DNA of 64,000 nucleotides from Gemmatimonadota bacterium (GCA_036679645.1 JAZDCY010000056.1:1-64000), one strand, 5' to 3'; counted from the stretch's first letter, positions 41,848-52,489 are shown. Notes: generated by a model not told the origin, from the letters alone. Program-made: numbers and translations.

Positions 41848-43688
41848 TACATCTCGAACGGTTCGAAGGCCCAAGCGAAGATACACACGGCCACGATCAG
41901 CCCAGCGGCAACCGCGAGGAGAATGCTCTTGGCCAAGCCCGCCGTCGCCAGCACGATGATGCCGACGGCCGTGAGAACTGGCCAGAACGAACCGCCCGGC
42001 ACGTGGATCGGCTCGGGCGGTTCGTCGGGAATCTCGGAGACGCCGTTCGGCGTCCACAGCGGCAACCGGCTGCGGACTTCCGGTATGACCGAGAAATTGT
42101 AAACCGGAGGCGGCGAGGAAACTGCCCACTCGAGTTTCGGGGAGTTCCACGGGTTCTTGCCGGCGGGCTCACCTTTCCTCAACGTCCTGATCACGTTGAG
42201 CACGAACACGATCATCGCAATCGCGATGATGAAAGTGCCCGCCGTCGAGATTTCGTTGAACCGTGTCACGCCCAGGTCGTCCGGGTACGTGTAGATCCGC
42301 CGCGGCATACCCAGCAGCCCGGAGAAGTGCATGGGGAAGTGCGCCAGGTTGACTCCAATGAACATCAGCCAGAAATGCGTCTTCCCAAGCCCCTCATGCA
42401 TGATGCGCCCGAAGACCTTCGGGAACCAATAGTAGATACCGGCGAACAGGCCCATGATCGAGCCACCGACCAGTACGTAGTGGAAGTGGGCGACGACGAA
42501 GTAAGTGTCGGTTTGCTGCAGATCGGCGGGCGGTGACGCGTGCATGACGCCGGACAACCCACCGATCACGAACATCGCGATGAACCCAATGGAAAACAGC
42601 ATGGGGGTGGCGAAACGGATCTGTCCACCCCACATCGTGGCAATCCAGTTGAAGATCTTGACACCGGTCGGGATGGCGATGAGCATCGTGGTCGCGCCGA
42701 ACACCGAGTCGGCAACCGGACCGAGTCCGCTCGCGAACATGTGGTGCGCCCACACGCCCCACCCCATCACGCCGATGAGCAGCCCCGAATACACAACGAC
42801 TGCGTAGCCGAACAGCGGCTTGCGCGAGAAGACGGGGAGTACGTCCGAGACGATCCCCATGCTAGGGAGAATCAGGATGTAGACCTCGGGATGCCCGAAC
42901 AGCCAGAACAAGTGCTGCCAGAGCACCACGTCTCCGCCTGCAGAGACATTGTAGAAGGTTGTGCCGAACAGACGATCGAACGTGAGGAACACCAGCGCGA
43001 CCGTGATGACCGGAAAAGCCGTCACGATGATGAACTGCGTCACGAACGCCATCCACGTGAACACCGGCATGCGCATCATCTTCATACCCGGCGCGCGCAT
43101 GTTGATGATGGTCGTAATGAAGTTGAACCCTGCGGCTAACGACGCGACGCCCAGGATCTGCAGTCCAATGACCCAGAAATCGATATTGGGTCCGGGTGAA
43201 TACTGACGCGACGTCAGGTTCGCGTACCCGAACCACCCGCCATCGGGCGCGACACTCAGCGAATCGATCCCGAACAGCGGACCGGCGACGAAGCTGAAGT
43301 TCATGAACAGCCCGCCCAGCAGGAATAGCCAGTAGCTGAACGCGTTCAGCCGCGGGAACGCGACGTCGCGCGCGCCGATTTGGAGCGGGATGATGAAATT
43401 GAAGAATGCGGCAGAGAGGGGCATGATGGCCAGAAAGACCATCGTCGTGCCGTGCATCGTGAACAGCTGATTGAAGGTCTCGGCACTGACGAGGCTGTTG
43501 TCCGGACGCGCAAGCTGAAGCCGGATCAACAACGCCTCGAACCCGCCGACCAAAAAGAAGAACACAGCGGTTGCGCCGTACAGTATGCCGATCCGCTTGT
43601 GATCGGTGGTAGTGATCCAACTCCACAAGCCGGTACGGGCCTCGTGCGTGGCGGGGGCCGGCGTGTCGGTGACGGCGGTCGTGGCCAT
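41847..43688 (-). CDS. ctaD: Cytochrome c oxidase subunit I (type A1)
   Basis: TDHKRIG, GHPEVY, WAHHM, AHFHY. Confidence 0.97.
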   Translation of the reverse strand: MATTAVTDTPAPATHEARTGLWSWITTTDHKRIGILYGATAVFFFLVGGFEALLIRLQLARPDNSLVSAETFNQLFTMHGTTMVFLAIMPLSAAFFNFIIPLQIGARDVAFPRLNAFSYWLFLLGGLFMNFSFVAGPLFGIDSLSVAPDGGWFGYANLTSRQYSPGPNIDFWVIGLQILGVASLAAGFNFITTIINMRAPGMKMMRMPVFTWMAFVTQFIIVTAFPVITVALVFLTFDRLFGTTFYNVSAGGDVVLWQHLFWLFGHPEVYILILPSMGIVSDVLPVFSRKPLFGYAVVVYSGLLIGVMGWGVWAHHMFASGLGPVADSVFGATTMLIAIPTGVKIFNWIATMWGGQIRFATPMLFSIGFIAMFVIGGLSGVMHASPPADLQQTDTYFVVAHFHYVLVGGSIMGLFAGIYYWFPKVFGRIMHEGLGKTHFWLMFIGVNLAHFPMHFSGLLGMPRRIYTYPDDLGVTRFNEISTAGTFIIAIAMIVFVLNVIRTLRKGEPAGKNPWNSPKLEWAVSSPPPVYNFSVIPEVRSRLPLWTPNGVSEIPDEPPEPIHVPGGSFWPVLTAVGIIVLATAGLAKSILLAVAAGLIVAVCIFAWAFEPFEM

Positions 43689-43690
43689 GG

Positions 43691-44716
43691 CTAGCGCCTA
43701 CTCTGCAGGTATGCGACGAGCGCCGCGATGTCGTCATCGCTGAGCGGGAACTGCGGCATCTTCGCGCCGGGTTTTTCGCCTTTCGGGTTTCCGATCCATC
43801 GGGCGAGACTGGCGGAATCATTGGGCAGTATCCCGGAGGCGATCGTGGTACGCGCCGCGACGTGCCAAAGTGTCGGGCCGAGCACGCCGCCCACGCCGTC
43901 CATCTGATGGCAGGCAATACACGTACGGAAGAAGAGATCCCGACCCGCCACCTGTTGGGCATCCGAAGAATCGAGCGGAACGGTCGCGCCTTGCTGCGCC
44001 ACCCATGCGTCGAAATCCGTGGACGCATCGACCACCACGCGCATCCGCATGTTAGCGTGCGATTCGCCACAGAACTCCGCGCATTGGCCGGCGAACGTTC
44101 CGACGGAGTCCGGTGTGAAGACCAACCGCGTCACCCGTCCCGGCATGACGTCGCGCTTGCCGTGCAACTTTGGAATCCAAAACGAATGAATGACATCCGC
44201 CGACCGCATGACCAGCTCAATCGGGCGGCCCTGCGGTACGTGCAGCTCATTCGCGGTTGAGATGCCCAGGTCCGCGTACTGAAACTCCCACCACCATTGG
44301 TGTCCGATCACCTCGACCTGGAGCGCGTCGTCCGGCGCCCCGCCGTCGATCTCGAAGATCGTCTGAATAGTGGGAACCGCTATGAAGATGAGAATGGCTG
44401 CGGGCGCCATCGTCCACGCGATCTCGGCCACGGTGTTGCCGTGCACGTGCCTGGGTTCCGGTCGGTCGGGCCGGGCGCGGAAACGCACGATCGTCACGAC
44501 GAGCGCGGCCTCGACAACGACGAAGACGACGACCGCCCACCAGAAGATCTGGGTGAACAGCGCATCGATCGCCCTGCCGCTATCGGCAGTGGGATGCAGG
44601 GTGGATTGCGGGAACGAGTCACCGCTGCATGCAGCGGCGCCTAGCATCAGCGCAACCGGAACTAGAAACCGGAGCGCTCGAGCCGCGCGCTTCCAGGGCT
44701 GGTGTCGAATGACCAT
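43691..44716 (-). CDS. ctaC: Cytochrome c oxidase subunit II with fused cytochrome c (caa3-like)
   Basis: QWWWEF, DVIHSF, CAEFCGESHANM (CuA), CIACH heme motif. Confidence 0.95.
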   Translation of the reverse strand: MVIRHQPWKRAARALRFLVPVALMLGAAACSGDSFPQSTLHPTADSGRAIDALFTQIFWWAVVVFVVVEAALVVTIVRFRARPDRPEPRHVHGNTVAEIAWTMAPAAILIFIAVPTIQTIFEIDGGAPDDALQVEVIGHQWWWEFQYADLGISTANELHVPQGRPIELVMRSADVIHSFWIPKLHGKRDVMPGRVTRLVFTPDSVGTFAGQCAEFCGESHANMRMRVVVDASTDFDAWVAQQGATVPLDSSDAQQVAGRDLFFRTCIACHQMDGVGGVLGPTLWHVAARTTIASGILPNDSASLARWIGNPKGEKPGAKMPQFPLSDDDIAALVAYLQSRR

Positions 44717-44909
44717 GTCCCGTGGTTGCCGTTTGCAAATGCGTCCGGTGGCCGTTTGTGGGCCGCCGGACGCCCGCGTATGGTACTCCGGGGGGGCGTT
44801 GGGGTCAACGCGGCGGGTCCTCTTCGGGGGCGCGGGTACAATCAGTCAAGCTGACCAGAGTCAGATAGGCCACGTCCAACATCCCGTCAACCCACACCTC
44901 GCCCAATGG

Positions 44910-45380
44910 ATGGTCAAGCACCCCGATACAGCCCTGACGTGGCCAGCAGATGTGATCGCCCGTCGGCTCGAGCGCATCCTAGAGGACGGCATTATCACTT
45001 CGGACGAACGCGACGACCTCCAGATACTGCTTGGGCAAGTGACCGGGAGCGATGCCGCGAGCGCGGCGCTCGCAAACCGCGCCTCGGGACTGCCACTCGA
45101 CGAACCCGCACCGACCATCGAATTCGAGGGCCGCGCATTCTGCTTCACCGGCAAGTTCTACTACGGCATGCGCCGGAGCTGCCAAGCGGCTGTCGCCGAT
45201 CGAGGCGGGGAATCGCACTCAGGCGTCACGACGAAAACCGACTATGTCGTGGTAGGACTTCTCGGTAGTCGAGACTGGATCCACGCCGGATGGGGAACCA
45301 AGATCGAGAAGGCAATCGAGTACCGGGACAGCACGGGACTGGCGATTGTCGGTGAAGACCATTGGGCAGCCAGCCTGTGA
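44910..45380 (+). CDS. BRCT-domain protein, probably N-terminally truncated
   Basis: FCFTGKF, RGG, VTTKTDYVVVG, WGTKIEKA, IVGEDHW; the frame is open upstream with no clear start. Confidence 0.7.
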   Translation: MVKHPDTALTWPADVIARRLERILEDGIITSDERDDLQILLGQVTGSDAASAALANRASGLPLDEPAPTIEFEGRAFCFTGKFYYGMRRSCQAAVADRGGESHSGVTTKTDYVVVGLLGSRDWIHAGWGTKIEKAIEYRDSTGLAIVGEDHWAASL

Positions 45381-45476
45381 TCCCTCTTCGCCTACCTCGA
45401 CAGGGAGCGGGTGACGGAAGAAATGGTAGCTTTCGTGGTGCCCCGAACCATCTAGAATCCGCTCAACGCAGGAGTT

Positions 45477-45959
45477 GTGGTGCACCTAGACCTCATCGCC
45501 ATTTGCGATATGGCGAACATCGACGTTGCCGGGAAGTTCAACATCATCGGCGAGTTCAATACCGTTTTTGCGCAGAATCCCCAAGCTGCGAACGTCGACA
45601 TCACGCTCGTAGGTAGGATCATTGCCGAGACCACCGAAATGGCGACCGGGCATCAAATATCGATCGCCTTGATCGACGCGGATGGTACTGAGGTGGCTCG
45701 CCTCCCTAATCAACCCGTCTCATTCAAGAAGGTTCTACCGGGAACATCGGGGAACCTGCGGGCCGACTTTGTCCTCACATTGGCGAGGGCGTCGTTTCCG
45801 CACTACGGGTCATATCGATTCGATGTTCTGATCAATGGCCGACACTTGGGTGGACGTGAGTTCTACGTTCTGAATCCGCAAGCACGGCCCGCCGCCCCCG
45901 AACCACCTCCAGGGCTCCCGGGGTCGGCCGGGCCGCCTGACCTATTGCCTGGTTCGTGA
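45477..45959 (+). CDS. DUF6941-like protein
   Basis: AICD.A...GKFNIIGEF...FPHYGSYRFDVLING. Confidence 0.6.
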   Translation: MVHLDLIAICDMANIDVAGKFNIIGEFNTVFAQNPQAANVDITLVGRIIAETTEMATGHQISIALIDADGTEVARLPNQPVSFKKVLPGTSGNLRADFVLTLARASFPHYGSYRFDVLINGRHLGGREFYVLNPQARPAAPEPPPGLPGSAGPPDLLPGS

Positions 45960-45962
45960 TCT

Positions 45963-46223
45963 TTGGCACGGTCAGCACGGGACTGGTTGGCCATGCTTGA
46001 GGATCGCAAACGCCTGCGATCCTGGCGATACCGTGACTTGCGAGCCGCGCTGACATGTGCGCAGGCAAACCTCGTCTCCGAGAAGGGAAGTCACCGAACC
46101 TACAAGCATGGGGACCACCGTGACCTCGTGACCCTGGTTGACAAGGGGAACGACACCTTACCAATTGGGTACGTCAAGGATGTCGCCAAGCTCCTTCGGG
46201 CAATCGTAGAACAAGAGGCTTAG
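45963..46223 (+). CDS. hicA: HicA family toxin
   Basis: KGSHRTYKH and LPIGYVK motifs; 86 aa; upstream of a HicB-like gene. Confidence 0.75.
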   Translation: MARSARDWLAMLEDRKRLRSWRYRDLRAALTCAQANLVSEKGSHRTYKHGDHRDLVTLVDKGNDTLPIGYVKDVAKLLRAIVEQEA

Positions 46224-46227
46224 GACC

Positions 46228-46548
46228 ATGAAGACCCTTGAAGAGTATCTGGCAATGGATTGGTCTCCGATTACCGACACCGTCCGGGACGGAGACGAGG
46301 TATACGTTCGGCTCCTCGTGCCCGGCGTCCCCGATTTTGTCGTCTACGGCGATAGCGTCACCGAGGTGCAGGATCGCTGGCGCGAAGCTTTTGCCAGCCA
46401 CTTGGCGGGTTATCTAGCTGTGGGGAAAGTGATTCCCGAGCGGTTGGTGATTAAGGAGCTTGTGACCGACCGGTCCGATTCCACCGCTGCGTCGGGAGCA
46501 GGAGAAGCTCAGCCAAGACCGCATCGCGTGGAACTGGTGCCCGCCTAG
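46228..46548 (+). CDS. hicB: HicB family antitoxin, short form
   Basis: KTLEEYL, VPGVP...YGDSVTE, GKVIPE. Confidence 0.75.
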   Translation: MKTLEEYLAMDWSPITDTVRDGDEVYVRLLVPGVPDFVVYGDSVTEVQDRWREAFASHLAGYLAVGKVIPERLVIKELVTDRSDSTAASGAGEAQPRPHRVELVPA

Positions 46549-46908
46549 AGCGCCACCCCAACAACCAATCCTGTCCCCAGGGCCGCGGGCACCAAGGGCG
46601 CAGCTCTTCGTATTTGCTCGTACCACGGAGGATGCGCCGACCGCTGGTACATCGCCGTCAGTGCCGTTTGGATCAGTGCGGTCGCATCAGTGATCGTGAC
46701 ATTGAGGTCCACCATCATTGAGTCCCTGCCGGCCAAGCTTTCCCCCGCACAACAAGTGCAGCGAGTCGGCTAGGTCCAGCCCGGATCTACACTCCACGTT
46801 CTCGGCCGTCAGAGGCCGGACCGCTGCGCCGATCGCCTCGCGGACCATATCGGTCGGATTTCGGGGCCGTGGCTGGACGCTGACGGGCTCGCGAAGTACG
46901 ATTGCACA

Positions 46909-47394
46909 ATGCTCGAGGAAGTGAAGAAGAAGCTCCAGGCCGAGGTCGAGGCGCTCAACCACGAGATCCACGTTACGATCCCGGAGACGCTGAAAAGAGC
47001 GTTGGCAATGGGCGACCTGCGCGAGAACGGCGACTATCACGCCGCCATCGAGCGCCAGGGGTTCGTCATGGCACGTCTTACCCACCTGCGGAGTCGTCTG
47101 GGGAAACTCTCCAGCATCGATCTTTCCCAGGTGCCCAGCGATCGGGTCGGACTGGGATCGACAGTCCGGGTCCGCGACATGGCCACGAAAGCGGAGGAGA
47201 CCTGGGAGCTGGTGATTCCCGATTCGATGGACGTCGACGAGGGACAGATCTCGGTCTCGTCGCCCCTGGGCCGTGGGCTACTGGATAAGAAGGTGGGGGA
47301 GACGGCTACGGTGAAGCTCCCCGCCAGCAAGCGCAAACTCAAGATCCTCGATCTGACTACCTTGCACGACCGGGTCACGCACACCGAGGACTGA
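46909..47394 (+). CDS. greA: GreA/GreB family elongation factor
   Basis: GDLRENGDYHAA, ISVSSPLGRGLL. Confidence 0.88.
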   Translation: MLEEVKKKLQAEVEALNHEIHVTIPETLKRALAMGDLRENGDYHAAIERQGFVMARLTHLRSRLGKLSSIDLSQVPSDRVGLGSTVRVRDMATKAEETWELVIPDSMDVDEGQISVSSPLGRGLLDKKVGETATVKLPASKRKLKILDLTTLHDRVTHTED

Positions 47395-47479
47395 CCGACC
47401 CCGCCCACAGGATTCCCGCGTTGAGCCGAGTGGATCCAATCGACCCCTGCGGAACAACCCGTCACAGACACGAGCGTGC

Positions 47480-48133
47480 ATGCGGGAACACCACCTCGAC
47501 GTACGCCGCACGGCGCGGTACGTGACTCTGGGTCCCACCGACAGCTCGGTGGCGCTCGTATTCGCCTTCCACGGGTACGGCCAACTCGCGGCCACCTTTG
47601 CGACCGCGCTGGCCCCAATCGACGACGGCGCGCGCACGATCGTCGTGCCCGAGGGACTGTCCCGCCATTACCGGGATGCGACATCCGGCGAAGTGGGCGC
47701 AAGCTGGATGACGCGAGAGGACCGGGAGCACGAGATCGGCGATTACGTCGCCTATCTCGATGCGGTGTTTGACGCCGAGTCCGGGGTAACCGATTCACAA
47801 CCGATGGACATCATCGGCTTCTCGCAGGGGTCTGCCACAGCGTGGCGCTGGATTGCCGCTGGCCGCGTGCGTCCCCGCCGTCTGATCGCGTGGGGCGGAG
47901 AGATTCCGCCAGACCTGGACTGGGCGGCGATGGGTGACCGTATCCGTACGGTCGAGGTCACGCTCGTCGCAGGTACTACAGATCAATATGCTACGCCCGA
48001 CCGCATGGCACGTGACGCCGCGACACTCGACGCGCAGGCAGTCCGCCACAGCACGATCACGTTCGACGGCGGTCATCGTCTCGACGCGCGGGTCCTTGGC
48101 GAACTCTTCGCCGCCAGCGACCCGGCTTCCTAG
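47480..48133 (+). CDS. Alpha/beta hydrolase (phospholipase/carboxylesterase)
   Basis: HGYGQ, GFSQG nucleophile elbow, D, GGH. Confidence 0.85.
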   Translation: MREHHLDVRRTARYVTLGPTDSSVALVFAFHGYGQLAATFATALAPIDDGARTIVVPEGLSRHYRDATSGEVGASWMTREDREHEIGDYVAYLDAVFDAESGVTDSQPMDIIGFSQGSATAWRWIAAGRVRPRRLIAWGGEIPPDLDWAAMGDRIRTVEVTLVAGTTDQYATPDRMARDAATLDAQAVRHSTITFDGGHRLDARVLGELFAASDPAS

Positions 48134-48159
48134 GTTTCCTCGACCTCACCCAACACCCA

Positions 48160-49065
48160 ATGGACTACGCACTCTCACTTTCCGAAGTCGCCAAGTCGTT
48201 CGGTACTGTTCGCGCGGTCGACGGCATCACGCTCGACGTACCCACCGGCAGTATCTACGGATTCCTCGGCCCCAACGGTGCGGGCAAGACCACCACGATC
48301 CGGATGATCATGAGCATCCTGTATCCCGACGCAGGCACCGTGACCGTCCTCGGCAACGCCAACCCGGAAGCTGTGAAGGACCGCCTCGGCTATCTGCCGG
48401 AGGAAAAGGGGCTGTACAAGAAGATGCGGACCGGCGAGATCGTGGCCTACTTCGGCAAGCTCAAGGGCATGGATGGACGCACCGCCACCAAGGCCGCCGC
48501 GCGGCTCTTGGCGCAATGGAACCTGGGCGACTATGTCAACAAGACATGCGAGACACTTTCAAAAGGCATGGGACAGAAAGTCCAGATTCTGGCAACGCTC
48601 ATTCACGAGCCCGACCTCGTCATTCTGGACGAACCCTTCTCCGGTCTCGATCCGATCAACGTGGAGATCGTCCGCGAGCTGATTCTCAATCTGAAGCGTG
48701 AGGGCAAGACGGTCATCTTCTCCACCCACGTCATGGAGCAGGCCGAGCAGATCTGTGACTATCTCGTGTTGATCGACAAGGGTAAAGTGGTACTGAACGG
48801 CAGTCTCGCAGAGGTCAAGTCACGCGGTGACCAGGGCATCATCATCGACTACGACGGAGACGGCTCGGTCTTCCGACAGCTCCAAGGCGTGCGCCGCATC
48901 AACGATGCCGGGAAACAGGTGGAGCTGATCCTCGCCGAGGGCACAGACACGCAGGCCATTCTGTCGGCCCTCGTCGGCAAACTCACCATTCGACGTTTCG
49001 ACACGCGGGAGCCGTCATTGCACGAGATCTTCGTGCGCACCATCGGGGGTGCGCCTGATGCGTAA
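48160..49065 (+). CDS. ABC transporter ATP-binding protein (NatA/YhaQ-like)
   Basis: GPNGAGKT, LSKGM, ILDEPFSGLD. Confidence 0.93.
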   Translation: MDYALSLSEVAKSFGTVRAVDGITLDVPTGSIYGFLGPNGAGKTTTIRMIMSILYPDAGTVTVLGNANPEAVKDRLGYLPEEKGLYKKMRTGEIVAYFGKLKGMDGRTATKAAARLLAQWNLGDYVNKTCETLSKGMGQKVQILATLIHEPDLVILDEPFSGLDPINVEIVRELILNLKREGKTVIFSTHVMEQAEQICDYLVLIDKGKVVLNGSLAEVKSRGDQGIIIDYDGDGSVFRQLQGVRRINDAGKQVELILAEGTDTQAILSALVGKLTIRRFDTREPSLHEIFVRTIGGAPDA

Positions 49066-50623
49066 GGTCTTCCTCATCGCGCAGCGCGAGTTCATGGAAA
49101 ACGCGCGTACGAAGAGCTTCTGGATTGGGATCATCATCTTCCCCGTGATGCTCGGTCTGTTCTTCATCGTTCCAGCACTGCTCGACCGGACCAAGAGTGC
49201 ACGACAATACGCCGTTGTCGACGAGAGCGGGTGGCTGCTCGAGGCCGTCGACCAGGAACTGCTCGCGCGAGACATGGTCCTCGTTTTTCGTACGGCGGCC
49301 GAGCGGTACCGGGAGGCCGACTCCGACACCGCGCGCATCGCGCCACCGCTCGCGGGGCTCGCTCCCCAGCTCGCACCGCTCGACGAGACCCAACTCGCAG
49401 CCGCCGCTCGACGACTCGTCGACCCGGCGGACACGACGACCACCGACTCGATCCCCAATCCTCTTCTCGGAACACTCGAACGAGAGCGCGGTGCCATCCT
49501 GGCCTGGTGGCGGAGCCTCGATGCCGACGGCGTGAAGGAGCATGCACCGGGGTCCTTCAGGAAACGGTATGCCCGCGTAACCTACGACGGTGCGATACCG
49601 AGTCTCGATTCACTCGGTCACCTGGTGGCAAACGAGAAGTTGTTCGCCTACTTCGTTATCGGTAGCGATCCGGTCACCGGGAGCGAAGGCTCACGCTACA
49701 TCTCGAACAACCTCACCGACGATGACCTGCCCGAGTGGTTTGGCCGCCTAGCGAGCGCCGAGGTCCGTGCGCAACGCCTGAAACGGGAGCAGATCGACCA
49801 GCGTGTAGCACAATGGATCCAGACTCCCATCCGGTTCGAAGCGCGCAAGGTGTCTGGCGAGGGAGAGGAGGAGGCAGTCGAAAAGCAGGACCAGCTCAGG
49901 CAATGGGTACCCGTCGTGTTCGTCTACCTTCTCTGGATCTCGATCTTCACGATCACGCAAATGCTGATCACCAACACGATCGAGGAGAAATCGAATCGGA
50001 TCATCGAGGTGCTACTCTCTTCGGTTTCACCGGTCGAGTTGATGGCGGGGAAGATTCTGGGCATTGCCATCACCGGGCTGACGATCGTGGGATCGTGGAT
50101 GGTGTTCTTCTATCTCGGAACGAAATACGTGCCGGCGATGCTCGGAGCTCCACCAACCCTGGACCTCAGCGCGTTGGCCTCCGATCCGCTCTACGTCGGC
50201 TCGTTCATCATGTACTTCCTGCTGGGTTACCTCCTCTTTGCCGCCCTGCTCGTGGGGATCGGGTCCGTCTGCACGACATTGAAGGAGGCACAGAACCTCA
50301 TGGGACCCGTGACGCTCCTGCTCATCGTCCCGCTCATGGCGATGGTGCCGATTGGGAAGGACCCGAACGGGACGTTGGCGCAGGTGATGTCGTTCATTCC
50401 GCCGTTCACACCGTTCGTGATGATGAACCGGGCGGCGGCCCCGCCGAGCACACTCGAGTACATCCTGACGACCGCACTGCTGGTCGTCTCGATCGCAGTC
50501 ACTCTATGGGCGGCGGCAAAGGTCTTCCGGATCGGGATCCTGCTCACCGGCAAGCCGCCCAAGATCAAGGAAATCCTGCGCTGGATTCGGGCGCCGATTG
50601 GAGTCATCCCACAGCGGCGCTAA
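49058..50623 (+). CDS. ABC-2 type permease (NatB/YhaP-like)
   Basis: EEKSNRIIEVLLSS, MAGKILG. Confidence 0.88.
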   Translation: MRKVFLIAQREFMENARTKSFWIGIIIFPVMLGLFFIVPALLDRTKSARQYAVVDESGWLLEAVDQELLARDMVLVFRTAAERYREADSDTARIAPPLAGLAPQLAPLDETQLAAAARRLVDPADTTTTDSIPNPLLGTLERERGAILAWWRSLDADGVKEHAPGSFRKRYARVTYDGAIPSLDSLGHLVANEKLFAYFVIGSDPVTGSEGSRYISNNLTDDDLPEWFGRLASAEVRAQRLKREQIDQRVAQWIQTPIRFEARKVSGEGEEEAVEKQDQLRQWVPVVFVYLLWISIFTITQMLITNTIEEKSNRIIEVLLSSVSPVELMAGKILGIAITGLTIVGSWMVFFYLGTKYVPAMLGAPPTLDLSALASDPLYVGSFIMYFLLGYLLFAALLVGIGSVCTTLKEAQNLMGPVTLLLIVPLMAMVPIGKDPNGTLAQVMSFIPPFTPFVMMNRAAAPPSTLEYILTTALLVVSIAVTLWAAAKVFRIGILLTGKPPKIKEILRWIRAPIGVIPQRR

Positions 50624-51202
50624 TGAGGGCTGCTACGGGCGCTGCTGGGGCTCCATGCGGGCAAGTCGTGTCAGGTTCTTGCCGAACCGGATGGCGAGCG
50701 CCACAGACATGACGTTCCGTCGGGATAGAGACGACAATGCCTAGCCATGCGAGTAGCGCGTAACGCGGCAACCGTCCGGCGGCTACGGCCGCCAGGTACC
50801 GGCCCATGGGGTAGCCTTCCGCAAACGCCATCGCCTTGAACGGGAATGCCGGTAGCGGCGACACAGCTGATGCCACCAGAATGACGAAGGGAGCATGCGC
50901 AAAGCGGGCCCGCAGCCAGCCCACGGTCCCTTGCGCGAAGAAAGGCTTGTGTGCGACTCGGGAGATCAGCGGCACGAACACCCGGTGATCGACACATGCG
51001 GGGACGACGGTGCCGACGGTCGCGATCACCGCGGTGGTCCAGACACCGTACCGTGCGCCGTACCAGATGACCACGGGCTCGTGGGGAACGACCGAGAGTG
51101 CCACATTCGAGAGGAACGCGTAGCCGAAGAGGACTACCGGCTCTCCAACAGATCTGCAAGCGCCGCCCGGGTATGCATGACGAGTGTCGGGGGAGAATGC
51201 AT
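50604..51202 (-). pseudogene. DedA/VTT (SNARE-associated) membrane protein, apparently broken
   Basis: VVPHEP, SPLPAFPFK, GRLPRY motifs; no in-frame start near 51140; C-terminus becomes non-hydrophobic after about 50720. Confidence 0.55.
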
Positions 51203-51208
51203 CGGCGG

Positions 51209-51236
51209 TGACGGTTGACAGTTGACGGTTGACGGT
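51209..51236. repeat. Heptamer tandem repeat (TGACGGT x4)
   Basis: tgacggt tgacagt tgacggt tgacggt. Confidence 0.85.
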
Positions 51237-51278
51237 GGTGATGCCACTCTCCTCCGCGTTCCCATTCCCTGAACTGCC

Positions 51279-52253
51279 ATGCCCGATCTGCCGACCCTCG
51301 CCGACCTGCAGCGCACGCGCGACTACCTCCGCGAGCGGGTGCACCTGACACCTCTGCTCAGGACGTCCTCGATTGGCGCCGAGATTGGTGCCGAGCTCTG
51401 GCTCAAGTGCGAGAACCTGCAGAAGACGGGTTCTTTCAAGCCCCGCGGCGTCCTCTCGCAGCTCGCGACGCTCGGAGAAGACGAGCGGTCGCGCGGCGTC
51501 GTCACGATCTCAGCGGGGAACTACGCGCAGGCGCTGGCCTGGGGAGCAACCCGGGCTGGAGTGGCGGCAACAGTGGTCATGCCGGCCAAGGCCTCGCCCA
51601 CCAAAGCAGCCGCAACCCGCGCGTACGGAGCCGAGGTGATCCTGCATGGGACATCCGCCGAGGCATTTCAGAAGGCGCACGACGTGGCAATCGAGCGGAA
51701 CCTCGCCTTCCTACATCCGTTTGACGATCCGGCCCTCGTGGAAGGGACCGCCAGTGTCGGGCTCGAGATCGTCGAGCAGCTTCCCGAGACGAGCGTGGTT
51801 GTGGTCCCCGTCGGTGGTGGCGGGTTGATCTCCGGTATCCTCGCTGCTTTGAGCGAGATCGCGCCGGGCGTCAAAGTCTACGGTGTCGAACCAACAGGAG
51901 CAGCGGCCATGCGTGCGAGCCTGGACGCCGGCCGCCCTGTGCACCTCGACACAGTCTCGTCAATCGCGGACGGCCTCGCCCCGCCCATGGCCGGGGACGT
52001 CACCTACGACTACGTGTCCCGCTACGCCGCGGACGTCGTCCTCGTCACCGATGACGAGATTCGCGCGGCCATGCCGTGGATCTACGGGCGGGCCAAGTTG
52101 GTGGTGGAGCCCTCGGGGGCGGCGGGCGTCGCAGCTCTCCTGGCGGGGAAGATTCCCCTTCGTCCCGCCGATCGGGTGGTTGCAGTGCTGAGCGGCGGGA
52201 ACGTCGAGCTGGACCGCCTGCCCGATCTCCTGGCGAAAGGAGTCCGCGAGTAA
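51279..52253 (+). CDS. Threonine/serine dehydratase (PLP, catalytic domain only)
   Basis: KCENLQKTGSFKPRG, SAGN, VGGGGLISG, LSGGN. Confidence 0.9.
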   Translation: MPDLPTLADLQRTRDYLRERVHLTPLLRTSSIGAEIGAELWLKCENLQKTGSFKPRGVLSQLATLGEDERSRGVVTISAGNYAQALAWGATRAGVAATVVMPAKASPTKAAATRAYGAEVILHGTSAEAFQKAHDVAIERNLAFLHPFDDPALVEGTASVGLEIVEQLPETSVVVVPVGGGGLISGILAALSEIAPGVKVYGVEPTGAAAMRASLDAGRPVHLDTVSSIADGLAPPMAGDVTYDYVSRYAADVVLVTDDEIRAAMPWIYGRAKLVVEPSGAAGVAALLAGKIPLRPADRVVAVLSGGNVELDRLPDLLAKGVRE

Positions 52254-52279
52254 ACTCGCGGCTCGGCGGTTTTCCACGG

Positions 52280-52489
52280 TCAATCGGTCAGGGCGATCTT
52301 GCCGGCGATGGTGTGTTTCAGACCGACCTGCGAGATCTCGAGTGTCACGTTGGCCTCGAGCGTCTCCGTGCCGTCGATCGTCCCCTCCGTGAGGGCGTCC
52401 CGCACCGCCTTCTCGATCTCTCGCTGGGATGTGACCCCAACATTCTTCAGGAACTTCCTGAGCTGGACATTCAGCACCTCTTCTTTCAT
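52280..52489 (-). CDS. Small conserved protein (DUF6494-like)
   Basis: RKFLKNVGVTSQREIEKAV; AGGAGG SD. Confidence 0.7.
   Translation of the reverse strand: MKEEVLNVQLRKFLKNVGVTSQREIEKAVRDALTEGTIDGTETLEANVTLEISQVGLKHTIAGKIALTD

Noticed and set aside
44370..44900. 5' part of the 336-aa ORF
   Set aside because: Antisense to ctaC; only the distal BRCT portion looks real
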